Below, one piece after another: positions 1 to 8,721 of a stretch of 64,000 nt of DNA (position 1 is its first letter; the number at the start of each line of letters is the position of its first letter). The notes under the pieces were generated by a model. It made no database searches. It was not told where the DNA came from and was given only the letters and a program-made list of their open reading frames with translations. The DNA is taken from assembly GCA_033764015.1 (NCBI GenBank), contig JANRJK010000036.1, positions 192,001 through 256,000 on the forward strand, written 5' to 3'. This DNA is from Candidatus Sumerlaeia bacterium. GTDB taxonomy: Bacteria > Sumerlaeota > Sumerlaeia > SLMS01 > JANRJK01. The position numbers were made by a program, and so were the translations under genes.

Positions 1-574
1 CAGAGCCGATTTCGGTGATGAAGAGCCCGTCGCCGGTGATGTCGGAGCCGTTCGCTGCGGGATCGAAGTCCTGCGTGAAGTAGAACAGGTACGTTTCGAA
101 TCCGGTGCCGTCGGCGGGAACGACGTTCGGGTCGCGAAAGGTGATGAGGTTCACGCCGTCGGCGCGGACGTCCTCTGCGAAGGTTAGCTGGGGGTCGGGC
201 TTCGGAGCGAATTCGGAGCTGATCGGCGTGCCGGAGAACTTGAAGCTGCTATGGGGCACGTCGTTCCAGCGCGAGAGGGCGCGGGCCGTCGCGCCGATGA
301 TCTCCTGGTCGGAGACCGACTGCCCAGCGTCCTGCGTCAGGAACGGGTCGACGATCGTGTCGAAGGCCGGCTTGTAGAGGTACACGAGGAGCGGGTTCTT
401 CGCCTCCCACTGGAGCGGGGTCGCGAGGAAGAAGTTGTCGGAGGGAGTGCCGGGATCGCCCTCGATCCGGACGGAAACGTGGATCGAATCGGCGGCGTGT
501 GCGGCGCCGGCGATGCCCGCGCAGACCGCCAGAGCGGTTAGCAGGCGGCGCGTCGTGCGGAGTGTTCGCTTCAT
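1..574 (-). CDS. Secreted protein, N-terminal part (runs off window); possibly matrixin/M10-like metallopeptidase
   Basis: Not in ORF track. ATG at 574 overlaps the upstream stop (TGATG) and the frame is open to base 1: MKRTLRTTRRLLTALAVCAGIAGAAHA signal peptide, then ARALSRWNDVP...DGVNLITF, resembling matrixin N-terminal segments. No HEXXH inside the window. Confidence 0.6.
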   Translation of the reverse strand, partial: MKRTLRTTRRLLTALAVCAGIAGAAHAADSIHVSVRIEGDPGTPSDNFFLATPLQWEAKNPLLVYLYKPAFDTIVDPFLTQDAGQSVSDQEIIGATARALSRWNDVPHSSFKFSGTPISSEFAPKPDPQLTFAEDVRADGVNLITFRDPNVVPADGTGFETYLFYFTQDFDPAANGSDITGDGLFITEIGS

Positions 575-1515
575 CAGTTGTTCTCCCCGTCCGTCTTCTT
601 GATCGGCTCCGCCGGCTTGCCGGGGAGGATATCGAGGCCTTCAAGCTTGGTGCGGCCCTGCATCGCGTCGGCGGCGGGGGGCGCGGCGGCGGCGCGCTTG
701 GCTTCCGCCTCCGCCTGCGCCGCGCGGATCTTGCCGCGGTACTCGGCGCGCTCTTCCTCGGTCATGTAGGCGATGGCCGGAAGCGGGTCGAAGTAGCGGG
801 CCAGCTTCGCCTCCGCGCTGCGCGCGGGCACATGGAACTCGCCGCGGATGCCCGCGATGGCGGTGGGCTTCGCGCGGGAGGCGCGCAGCGATTCCGACTC
901 CGCCACGAGGCGGCGGATCTCGTCGCGGAACTCCGCGTAGGGAACCGGCGCCTTGTCGAGGTCGCGGCGCGATCCGGCCATGGCGCGGGCCACGGTGGCG
1001 GTCGACTCGAGCGCGGAGAAGCTGCCGCGCGCGGTCCCGGCCGCCTCGACCGAGTCGTATCCGAGGAGGAACTTGCCCTGGAAGCCGCCGACGAGTTGCG
1101 GAGAGGTGACCGTCGCGGACTCCGTGTTGTACTTCGCCTGCTCCTCCGCCGGAAGGCGGCGCAGCGGGTAGCTGAGGAAGAGCACCGCCTCGTCGCCCTC
1201 GCGAATGTTCAGCGAGTTGTTCGCGAGGAGCCCGAGCACCTTCACCTCGCCGCCGACGTAGTGGACCTCGGCTTTGCCGGAAAGCTCGCCCTTGAAGGAT
1301 TCGAGGATCGAGAGGTCGGCGCGCGTGTAGATGCGTCCGTCCTGGGCGTAGGGCTCGGAGGACTCGACGCGGACCGTGTGGATCTCATCGGCGACGGCGG
1401 CGAGTTGCTCGAGCGTCATCGGCACCACGGAGGCACCGGCGGACGCCACGGCTAGGAGCGAGGCGGCGAGGGCCGCCAGCGCGCGGGGCTTGGAGTTACT
1501 CTTCGTTGAAAACAA
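574..1515 (-). CDS. Secreted hypothetical protein with a domain often seen N-terminal to or beside matrixin-type proteases
   Basis: Likely TTG start at 1515 with GGAG RBS; signal peptide; MTLEQLAAVADEIHTVRV...GRIYT...ESFKG...VGGEV...EGDEAVLFL pattern. Confidence 0.7.
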   Translation of the reverse strand: MFSTKSNSKPRALAALAASLLAVASAGASVVPMTLEQLAAVADEIHTVRVESSEPYAQDGRIYTRADLSILESFKGELSGKAEVHYVGGEVKVLGLLANNSLNIREGDEAVLFLSYPLRRLPAEEQAKYNTESATVTSPQLVGGFQGKFLLGYDSVEAAGTARGSFSALESTATVARAMAGSRRDLDKAPVPYAEFRDEIRRLVAESESLRASRAKPTAIAGIRGEFHVPARSAEAKLARYFDPLPAIAYMTEEERAEYRGKIRAAQAEAEAKRAAAAPPAADAMQGRTKLEGLDILPGKPAEPIKKTDGENN

Positions 1516-2245
1516 CGTCGGGCTCCATTTGCTTCTGGAATCGGTAGATGTTCCCGGCACTGGTGGTGCCGTTCGACGGATCGTATGCGACGGACCAACC
1601 GCGGTCGGAGGAGCCGAGCGGGCTGGTGGGGTAGTTGCCCCATCGGCCGGGGGCGCCGAAGCGCTGGTCCGGTCCGAGCGAAAAGAGCGTGTAGCCTTCC
1701 ATTTTAACGGGAACGCCGGCGCGGAGCCTATTGATGCGCAGCGCGTGGATCGACGAGCGCGGATCGGTGGTTCGCTCCGGAGAGTAAAGCGGCGCCCAGT
1801 AGTCCACGACGTTGTCCTCGGGGCCGAAATTCGTGCCGGGGGTCGCGGGCGTGCTTGGCAGTGGCAGCTTCTTGAACACGTCTACGGGGATCGACGACAG
1901 GTAGGAAACCGGAGTGGTGAGCAGCCGGACGTCCTCGCCTAGCCAGTAAACGTCGCCGATTTCCGGCACGCTGCCGCCGCCGGCGAAGGTGCGGCGCGGC
2001 GGGTAGCCCTGGGCGTCGACGGCGTAAGCCTCCACCCCGGTGGCCATGGTGCGCATGTCCGCGAGCATCCGGGAGACCTTCGAGCGGGTCTGCGCTTCGA
2101 GGAAGTTCGGGACGGCGATGGCGGAGAGGATCGCGATGATGCTCACGACCACGAGAAGCTCGATGAGCGAAAACCCGAAGCCACGGCGCCGCCGTGCCAC
2201 TGAGCCGACGAGTCGGCTTCGAAGCCTCTGGTAACTCCGTCCCAC
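1496..2245 (-). CDS. Prepilin-type N-terminal cleavage/methylation domain protein (type IV pilin/pseudopilin-like)
   Basis: GFSLIELLVVVSIIAILSAIAVPNF class III signal with E5; GTG at 2245 preceded by AAGGAG; C-terminal YDPSNGTTSAGNIYR. Confidence 0.9.
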   Translation of the reverse strand: MGRSYQRLRSRLVGSVARRRRGFGFSLIELLVVVSIIAILSAIAVPNFLEAQTRSKVSRMLADMRTMATGVEAYAVDAQGYPPRRTFAGGGSVPEIGDVYWLGEDVRLLTTPVSYLSSIPVDVFKKLPLPSTPATPGTNFGPEDNVVDYWAPLYSPERTTDPRSSIHALRINRLRAGVPVKMEGYTLFSLGPDQRFGAPGRWGNYPTSPLGSSDRGWSVAYDPSNGTTSAGNIYRFQKQMEPDVVFNEE

Positions 2246-2509
2246 GGGGTTCTCCTTCAGAGTTATGCGCTCACGGTATGAGCGGTTCCAAGCGCCGAAC
2301 CGGTCAAGGACAAAGCCCCCCGCCGGCGAAGGGGCGGGCAACGCGGCCCGGGGAGCGGGTGGCGGCGCGGACAACTTCCGCGAGGGAGGCAAGAAATGGG
2401 TGGACGGGGGGGACCCGCGCCATTAGCTTGCGGAATTGTTCAGGGTTTGAGGCTATTCCGCCCGTGCCGCGGTTGGGGGACCGCAAGCGGGCGCTGGATT
2501 ACGACACCT

Positions 2510-3691
2510 ATGGGGTTCAAGGACTTCCTCAAGAAGCTCGGCGAAGCAGGCCAGGAGCTGACGCGCGACGCGAAAAAGGACGCCCCCCCAGCGGATCCGA
2601 TGTCGTCCCGCGCCGGCCTTCCTCCGCCACCGCCCGCGCGGCCCGATCCGCAAGGCGTGCCCCCGTCCGGTGCGAACCGCGCCGTTCCTCCATCGCAGCT
2701 CCCTCCGTCGGCGCTGCCCCCCATGGCGGGCGCTCGGGGGGGTGACGGCATTCCGGGCCTCAAGGAGCGCCGCTCGGGCGACGCCCCCGATCCGCTGAAC
2801 GTGAACTCCGTGGACGACAGCGTGTACTCGATGCGCGCCAGCCTCGTTTCGGAGGTCGAGGAACGGTACGGCCGGTTCGGCCCGCGCGTTTCGTCGTACA
2901 TGCTGACGCACCTGATGATGCCGAACGGGCTGGCGATGCTGCTCCAGAAGCTGGGGCTCAAGTCGAAGGGCTACGAGGCCGGGGACCGGGAACAGGTCGA
3001 GCACTGGATCCAGCGCAGCGGCGCCGACGCCTTCTGCGTTGCGGTCGGAATCAGCGGAAAGGCGTCCGGAGCGCCGAGGCCGGCGGCGGAGGACTCGTCG
3101 CAAGATCCCCGCGTCCGCGTGCGCCCGACCGCGGACCCCGGCTCGCGTTCGAGCTCTTCGATCCCGCGGCCCGGCGTCTATTCCGCCGACGCGCCGACCT
3201 CCTCCGCTTCGCTGCCGCGTCCGGTCCCGCCCCCCCCGCCCGCGGACCGGGGCTCGGGCCCGAAGCAGATGGAGCGCGTGCCGTCCAGCTCTTCGCAGGG
3301 CGTTCCCCGGGACGCGCCCTCCGGCCCCGTGCGGAGCGGCACGCCGCTCCCGGCACGGCCCCAGCACCCGGCCGTGACGCCTCCATCGAGCCATCACGGC
3401 AAGGCGGCGGGGAAGCTCCCGATGTCGGACGTCGGGCGCTTCGGTGCGGACGCGCTGAAGCCCGTGGCACTTCCCGCCGCGGCCCCCCCGCCGGCCGCGG
3501 AGGAGTCTCCCGCGCCGGAGCCAGCCGCGCCGCCGCCCGCTGCGCCACCGCCGGTCCGCAACCAGATGCCCGCGTCTCTTGAAACCACGCCCCTTCCTAT
3601 CCCGGACCCCGTCCCGGAGCCTCCCTCCCAAGCGGGCGACCTCCTGAATCAATGGCTCGAGGAGAGCTCGCGACGCCTGCGCGGAGGTTGA
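2510..3691 (+). CDS. Pro/Ser-rich, mostly disordered hypothetical protein
   Basis: ATG at 2510 (MGFKDFLKKLGE); small folded-looking core flanked by low-complexity Pro-rich segments. Confidence 0.65.
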   Translation: MGFKDFLKKLGEAGQELTRDAKKDAPPADPMSSRAGLPPPPPARPDPQGVPPSGANRAVPPSQLPPSALPPMAGARGGDGIPGLKERRSGDAPDPLNVNSVDDSVYSMRASLVSEVEERYGRFGPRVSSYMLTHLMMPNGLAMLLQKLGLKSKGYEAGDREQVEHWIQRSGADAFCVAVGISGKASGAPRPAAEDSSQDPRVRVRPTADPGSRSSSSIPRPGVYSADAPTSSASLPRPVPPPPPADRGSGPKQMERVPSSSSQGVPRDAPSGPVRSGTPLPARPQHPAVTPPSSHHGKAAGKLPMSDVGRFGADALKPVALPAAAPPPAAEESPAPEPAAPPPAAPPPVRNQMPASLETTPLPIPDPVPEPPSQAGDLLNQWLEESSRRLRGG

Positions 3692-3763
3692 TCGGGGCGG
3701 ATAGCGGCGCAGGGCCCCACGCACGTTGCCGGCCGGTTTCGTCCGGGTGGGCGCGGGATCGTA

Positions 3764-3793
3764 TTGACAGCGCCGGAGAGCCGCGCGAAAAAT
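3764..3793 (+). promoter_or_regulatory. Putative sigma70 promoter of isc operon
   Basis: Perfect TTGACA at 3764-3769, then an A-rich AAAAAT 18 bp downstream in a GC-rich context. Confidence 0.45.
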
Positions 3794-3961
3794 AACGCGC
3801 CACGGGGAGAGGTGTCCACGAGGCGCCCGCGCGGCGGGCCCGGATGTTGCCTCTCCCCCGGCTAAGCGCCATCGGGCCAAGGGGCCGCCTCCCCGGCTGG
3901 CGAAACCCGCGGGCCGACCCAGCCGCGACCATCCCGATCCATTCCCGGAGCGACATCCCCC

Positions 3962-5194
3962 ATGGGCAACGCAGCAACGCAAGAGCGCCGCGTCTATCTT
4001 GACAACCACTCGACCACGCCGATGGACCCCCGCGTCCTCGAGGCGATGGCGCCCTACTTCACCGAGCACTACGGCAACGCCGCCTCGCGCAACCACATGT
4101 TCGGTTGGGAAGCGGAGGAAGCGGTCGAAAACGCACGCGCCTCCATCGCCAAGGCGATTGGCGCCGACCCCAAGGAGATCGTCTTCACCTCCGGCGCGAC
4201 CGAGTCGAACAACCTGGCGATCAAGGGCATCGCCGAGATGTACGCCGAGAAGGGGAACCACATCATCACCGCGGTCACCGAGCACAAGGCGGTGCTCGAC
4301 GCCTGCAAGCGCCTCGAGAAGCAGGGCTGCACGGTGACCTACCTCCCGGTGCTCCCCTCCGGCCTGGTCGATCTGGACCAGCTCCGGGCCGCGATCACGG
4401 AGAAGACGATCCTTGTGACGATCATGACGGCGAACAACGAGATCGGCGTCGTCCAGCCGATCAAGGAGATCGCCGCGATCTGCGCGGAGCGCGGCATCCT
4501 CCTGCACACCGACGCGGTGCAGGCCATCGGCAAGATCCCCTTCGACGTGAACGAGCTCGGCGTGCACCTGGCCAGCTTCACCGCGCACAAGATGTACGGG
4601 CCCAAGGGTGTCGGCGCGCTCTACGTCCGGCGCCGCAAACCGCGCGTGCGCGTCGCGCCGATCCTGGACGGCGGCGGCCACGAGCGCGGCATGCGCTCCG
4701 GCACGCTCAACGTCCCGGGCATCGTGGGCTTCGCGAAGGCGCTCGAAATCTGCATCGCCGAGATGCCCGAGGAGTCGAAGCGCCTGGCGGGGATGCGCGA
4801 CCACCTGCGGAAGCGCCTCCTCGGCGAAATCACGCACACCTACGAGAACGGCACGCCGGAAAGCAAGCTGCCCCATTCGCTCAACGTCAGCTTCGAGTTC
4901 GTCGAGGGCGAGTCGCTCCTGATGGGCATCAGCGATGTGGCGGTGTCCTCGGGGAGCGCCTGCACCAGCGCGAGCCTCGAGCCCTCCTACGTCCTGAAGA
5001 GCCTCGGCCTCGGCGACGAGTTGGCGCACAGCTCGATCCGCTTCGGCCTCGGGCGCTTCACGAAGCTCGAGGAGGTGGACTACGTGGCCGACAAGCTGGT
5101 CGCGGTGGTCGGCAAGCTCCGCGAGATGTCTCCGCTGTACGAGATGCACAACGAGGGCATCGACCTGAAGACGGTGCAGTGGGCGCACCACTGA
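3962..5194 (+). CDS. iscS: Cysteine desulfurase IscS
   Basis: [22 protein letters not shown] lysine AHKMYGPKG, catalytic SSGSACTS, C-terminal VQWAHH. Confidence 0.97.
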   Translation: MGNAATQERRVYLDNHSTTPMDPRVLEAMAPYFTEHYGNAASRNHMFGWEAEEAVENARASIAKAIGADPKEIVFTSGATESNNLAIKGIAEMYAEKGNHIITAVTEHKAVLDACKRLEKQGCTVTYLPVLPSGLVDLDQLRAAITEKTILVTIMTANNEIGVVQPIKEIAAICAERGILLHTDAVQAIGKIPFDVNELGVHLASFTAHKMYGPKGVGALYVRRRKPRVRVAPILDGGGHERGMRSGTLNVPGIVGFAKALEICIAEMPEESKRLAGMRDHLRKRLLGEITHTYENGTPESKLPHSLNVSFEFVEGESLLMGISDVAVSSGSACTSASLEPSYVLKSLGLGDELAHSSIRFGLGRFTKLEEVDYVADKLVAVVGKLREMSPLYEMHNEGIDLKTVQWAHH

Positions 5195-5296
5195 GCGCCG
5201 CCGGCGCTTGATTCCCGGAGCGGTTCCGGGCAAGCTGCCGAGGACACGATCCGGGAACTCGAAACCACCGACCCACCCCCATAGGAGACCGGCACC

Positions 5297-5710
5297 ATGG
5301 CCTACGGCCCCAAGATCATCGACCACTACACGAACCCCCGCAACGTTGGCTCGTTCGACAAGAACGACCAGGCGGTGGGCACGGGCATCGTCGGCGCCCC
5401 CGAGTGCGGCGACGTGATGAAGCTCCAGATCAAGGTGAACGCCGACGGCGTGATCGAGGACGCGAAGTTCAAAACCTTCGGCTGCGGCTCGGCCATCGCC
5501 TCCTCGTCGCTCGCGACGGAGTGGCTGAAGGGCCGCACGCTGGACCAGGCGATGGAGCTGAAAAACACGCAGATCGTCGAGGAGCTGTCGCTGCCGCCGA
5601 TCAAGATCCACTGCTCGGTGCTCGCGGAGGACGCCATCAAGGCGGCCATCGTGGACTTCAAGACCAAGAACGGCCTGGCGGAGGAAGTCGCCGCCGCCGC
5701 GCACCACTAA
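5297..5710 (+). CDS. iscU: Fe-S cluster scaffold IscU
   Basis: NPRNVG, GAPECGD, FKTFGCGSAIASS, LPPIKIHCS; AGGAG RBS. Confidence 0.97.
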   Translation: MAYGPKIIDHYTNPRNVGSFDKNDQAVGTGIVGAPECGDVMKLQIKVNADGVIEDAKFKTFGCGSAIASSSLATEWLKGRTLDQAMELKNTQIVEELSLPPIKIHCSVLAEDAIKAAIVDFKTKNGLAEEVAAAAHH

Positions 5711-5724
5711 GCAAGGCAACGCGC

Positions 5725-5755
5725 CGCGCCGCGCCGGGCGAACCGGCGCGGCGCG
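5725..5755 (+). other. Intergenic 13-bp GC stem-loop between iscU and iscA
   Basis: CGCGCCGCGCCGG-gcgaa-CCGGCGCGGCGCG; no U tail. Confidence 0.6.
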
Positions 5756-5820
5756 CGTCGCCACCCTCGGCACGCACCGCCGGCGCCAGCCGTTTCCAAC
5801 GCCGCACGCGAGGCATCCAC

Positions 5821-6144
5821 ATGATCAACCTGACAGAACCCTGCATTTCCGAAGTGAAGCGCCTGCTCGACCAGGAGAAGAAGTCCGACTGGGGCCTCCG
5901 CGTCGGCGTCGCCGGCGGCGGCTGCTCCGGCCTCTCCTACACCCTCGCCTTCGACGAGCAGCCCGGACCGAAGGACAACGTCTTCGATTTCGAGGGCCTC
6001 AAGGTGTACTGCGACCCGAAGAGCTACCTCTTCCTCAACGGGATGACGCTCGACTTTTCGACCGAGCTGCTCACGGGCGGCTTCCGCTTCGTGAACCCCA
6101 ACGCCAAGAAGTCCTGCTCCTGCGGGACCTCCTTCTCGGCGTAG
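5821..6144 (+). CDS. iscA: A-type Fe-S carrier IscA/HesB
   Basis: GGGCSGLSY and CSCGTSF motifs; ATG at 5821. Confidence 0.95.
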   Translation: MINLTEPCISEVKRLLDQEKKSDWGLRVGVAGGGCSGLSYTLAFDEQPGPKDNVFDFEGLKVYCDPKSYLFLNGMTLDFSTELLTGGFRFVNPNAKKSCSCGTSFSA

Positions 6145-6194
6145 TGCGAGGCTTCCGCGCCGGGGCGCAAACGAGCGCTCCGGCGCCCCTCCCA

Positions 6195-6845
6195 ATGCCC
6201 GCCCTGACCCCGGCCCAGCCCGACCTCGAGACGCTCCACGCGCTCCACTTCGAGGATCCGGATGGCACGCGCTTCCGCGCTCTGCCGGCGGACACGTCGC
6301 ACTTCGAGTTCCTCGGCCTCCCGCGGCGCCTCGGGATCGACACCGCGGCGACGCAAACGGTGTTCTACGCGCTTTCGCGCAAGTTCCATCCGGACTATCA
6401 CGGCGGCGCCGATGAGGACGTGCGGCGCGTGGCGCTCGAGCGCACCGCCGCGCTGAACGCCGCGTGGCGCGCGCTTCGCGACCCGCAGCCGCGCGCCGAG
6501 TACCTGCTGTCCGTCGCGGCCCCCGACATCAAGCCCGGAAAGAACGCCGTCCCGCCCGAGCTGCTCGAAGACCTGTTCGACATCCAGGAGGCGGGCGAGG
6601 AGCTGCGCGCGGCGCGGCTCGCCGGCGACGGCGCCGCGCTGGATGCCGCGGAGTCGCGCGTGGCCCCGCTGCGGGAACGCGCCGCCGCCACGCGCGCCGC
6701 GCACCAGCGGGAACTTGAGAGCCTCTTCGAGGAGTACGACGCCTCGGCGCTTTCCGGTTCGGATACGCGCGGCGTCCTCGCGCGCATCCGCACGACGATC
6801 GACCAGCTTAACTACCTGCGGACGGTGCTGCGGAACCTGCGGTGA
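6195..6845 (+). CDS. hscB: Fe-S co-chaperone HscB
   Basis: J-domain with KFHPDY, ALNAAWRALRDPQPRAEYLL; position in isc operon. Confidence 0.9.
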   Translation: MPALTPAQPDLETLHALHFEDPDGTRFRALPADTSHFEFLGLPRRLGIDTAATQTVFYALSRKFHPDYHGGADEDVRRVALERTAALNAAWRALRDPQPRAEYLLSVAAPDIKPGKNAVPPELLEDLFDIQEAGEELRAARLAGDGAALDAAESRVAPLRERAAATRAAHQRELESLFEEYDASALSGSDTRGVLARIRTTIDQLNYLRTVLRNLR

Positions 6846-6868
6846 GGATTGTGGCCGCCGGATAGGAG

Positions 6869-6901
6869 TTGGGCGCCGGGCTGGATTTGCCCGGCGCCCA
6901 A
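6869..6901. terminator. Stem-loop between convergent genes
   Basis: TTGGGCGCCGGGC-tggattt-GCCCGGCGCCCAA, 13-bp stem. Confidence 0.55.
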
Positions 6902-6935
6902 GTTGTTCCACGCATGGCGCGCAGTCTTCCGCGGA

Positions 6936-8030
6936 CTACTCGGCGGCGGGGGCTTCGGACTCGCCTACTTTTTCGAGGTGCTGGAGGGCCTGATCGAAGT
7001 ACACGTGCTCGGCGCGTTCGAGCGCGACCTCGCGCCCGCGGGTCAGGATGTCGTCGCGGGTGGGCTTGGGACCGGTGAAGCGGACGGATTCGAGGGTGAC
7101 CTCGATGCGGTGATTGTCGCCAGCTTCCTCCGGTTGCCATTGCTCGACATGCAGAGCGTGGCTCGGGAAGAGAACCGGTCCATGCGGGTGGGCGACGGGT
7201 GCGTACTGGAGATCAAGTGATACTATGTGCGAACGGCCGTCGTTGAAGTAAGTGTTGTAACTCGCCTTCGTGAGTACGTCCTGCTCATCGATCCGAGTCC
7301 AAGTCCATTCATGTACCTGCGAACCGACGACTGGGTGTTCCATCCGGTTTCGAACCACCGTTTGGTCACCAGATACTTCCACTTCGCTGTACCAGGGAAT
7401 GTTTTCGTCCCCCCCGGGGCCCTTGAATGTTCGTAGTGTCAACTCGCGCTTGAAGTCAGCTTGTTCCTCCGCCCGGCCGTTAAAGATAGCTGAAGCGAAC
7501 TGGGTAGGAGGTATCAACCTTACGAGCGTAAAGGTGCCCCTTACCCCTCTTGCTTGTTCAGCACGCAGGAGGTTTCCCATTGTGTCTTGTGGACCGTAGT
7601 GGGTGGTGATGAAGGGATCTACCCAGTAAATCACACGTGGATCAAGATCAATATCTTCCTCCTCGCCAAGGTTTCGGAACATTGACAAGAGAGGAGAAGT
7701 GGTTCCTTCCGACCCGTTCAGCTTGGCCGACAAGAGTCTAATCGTGGTGATTAAGTCCAAGTCGTTCGTGAGTTTTTCAACGACCGCCTCTTGGCTTTCG
7801 TCCTTTGGAACGGACTCCATCAGCCCAGAAGTGCTCCGGGTGATCGCTGCCGACCAGCGGAAGCGGACCTCTGCGGCGTCGCGCTCCAGTGACTCGAATG
7901 TGGCAAGATCGGAGAAGGTCTTCTCCAGTAGTTGCTCGGGGGTGGCGCTAGAAACAGGGGTCCCGGTGCACAACACGATGGTGACTGCCAGTAGCTTGCT
8001 GAGGTAGGTTCGAGTAGATAGTCTCATCAC
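6936..8030 (-). CDS. Secreted hypothetical protein (lower GC)
   Basis: 364-aa ORF with N-terminal signal-like segment, GGAGG RBS, start overlapping the upstream stop. Confidence 0.75.
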   Translation of the reverse strand: MMRLSTRTYLSKLLAVTIVLCTGTPVSSATPEQLLEKTFSDLATFESLERDAAEVRFRWSAAITRSTSGLMESVPKDESQEAVVEKLTNDLDLITTIRLLSAKLNGSEGTTSPLLSMFRNLGEEEDIDLDPRVIYWVDPFITTHYGPQDTMGNLLRAEQARGVRGTFTLVRLIPPTQFASAIFNGRAEEQADFKRELTLRTFKGPGGDENIPWYSEVEVSGDQTVVRNRMEHPVVGSQVHEWTWTRIDEQDVLTKASYNTYFNDGRSHIVSLDLQYAPVAHPHGPVLFPSHALHVEQWQPEEAGDNHRIEVTLESVRFTGPKPTRDDILTRGREVALERAEHVYFDQALQHLEKVGESEAPAAE

Positions 8031-8572
8031 CGCTCACCTCCGAGAAAGTCCACAACAAGGATGGGGGCCTGACAGGGGAGTTGCTTTGTTGGAACACTAC
8101 ACCGACATACGCCTTTGTATTGATTTCCGGCCAGTTGTGCGCCGGTTGTCGGGTCGAAGGGAGCCTGCTGTGATCTTCCCGTAAACTCCAAACTCACCGC
8201 GCCATTCATCGGCACGAGGACCCCATTGGCACATGTGTGATTAAAGTACACCTTCCCGTAAGTGCAAGTCACATTCACTGCACAGGCCACACTCCACTGC
8301 ACTTTGTACCCTGGATTCCAACCTGTTGGATTTGGGATACAGTCGTTTAGCTTGATGCCAGTGGATTGGAGGTGATGAACGGGTTGTGACTGGTACTCAC
8401 CGGTGGCGTCGATGCACTGCACACAGACAACTGTCGTGGCCGGGAAGCACGTCTGCTGCTCAATCGGGAGTAAGTAATCCGCGGCACAACACCGAGGCAG
8501 CGGGTTAGTCGGCGACACCACGCCGGGCAGGAGCGCGGCGAGGGCGGCGAGGAGGGCGATTGGTCGGGTCAT
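8027..8572 (-). CDS. Cysteine-rich secreted hypothetical protein (12 Cys)
   Basis: ATG at 8572 with AGGAGG RBS; signal peptide MTRPIALLAALAALLPG; 12 Cys in 181 aa. Confidence 0.75.
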   Translation of the reverse strand: MTRPIALLAALAALLPGVVSPTNPLPRCCAADYLLPIEQQTCFPATTVVCVQCIDATGEYQSQPVHHLQSTGIKLNDCIPNPTGWNPGYKVQWSVACAVNVTCTYGKVYFNHTCANGVLVPMNGAVSLEFTGRSQQAPFDPTTGAQLAGNQYKGVCRCSVPTKQLPCQAPILVVDFLGGER

Positions 8573-8598
8573 GCCCTGACCTCCTATTGAAGTGAGCG

Positions 8599-8627
8599 AA
8601 TTACCCCCCCCCCCACGCAATCGTCAA
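8599..8627 (-). promoter_or_regulatory. Putative promoter with G11 homopolymer in the -35/-10 spacer
   Basis: Minus strand reads TTGACG-attgcgt-GGGGGGGGGGG-TAATT; the C11 run is at 8604-8614 on the + strand. Confidence 0.5.
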
Positions 8628-8721
8628 GTGGATTTCGATGCAGCCACAACTATATGGAGGCGGTGTGTAGGGCGGGGGCGGGGCGGTTGCCGCCGCCCCC
8701 GCGGGGTTGGATCGACGCCGG

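Noticed and set aside
3800..3960. SRP RNA, tRNA or a known riboswitch
   Set aside because: No SRP GGAA/AGCAG motif, no TTC T-loop or cloverleaf, no SAM or c-di-GMP consensus recognised; kept only as a structured leader
2453..5773. 1106-aa minus-strand ORF
   Set aside because: Antisense shadow of iscS/iscU and the Pro-rich gene; typical of high-GC codon bias; no motifs
6936..8620. IS or prophage explanation for the lower-GC segment
   Set aside because: No transposase, integrase, terminal repeats or att-like duplication seen
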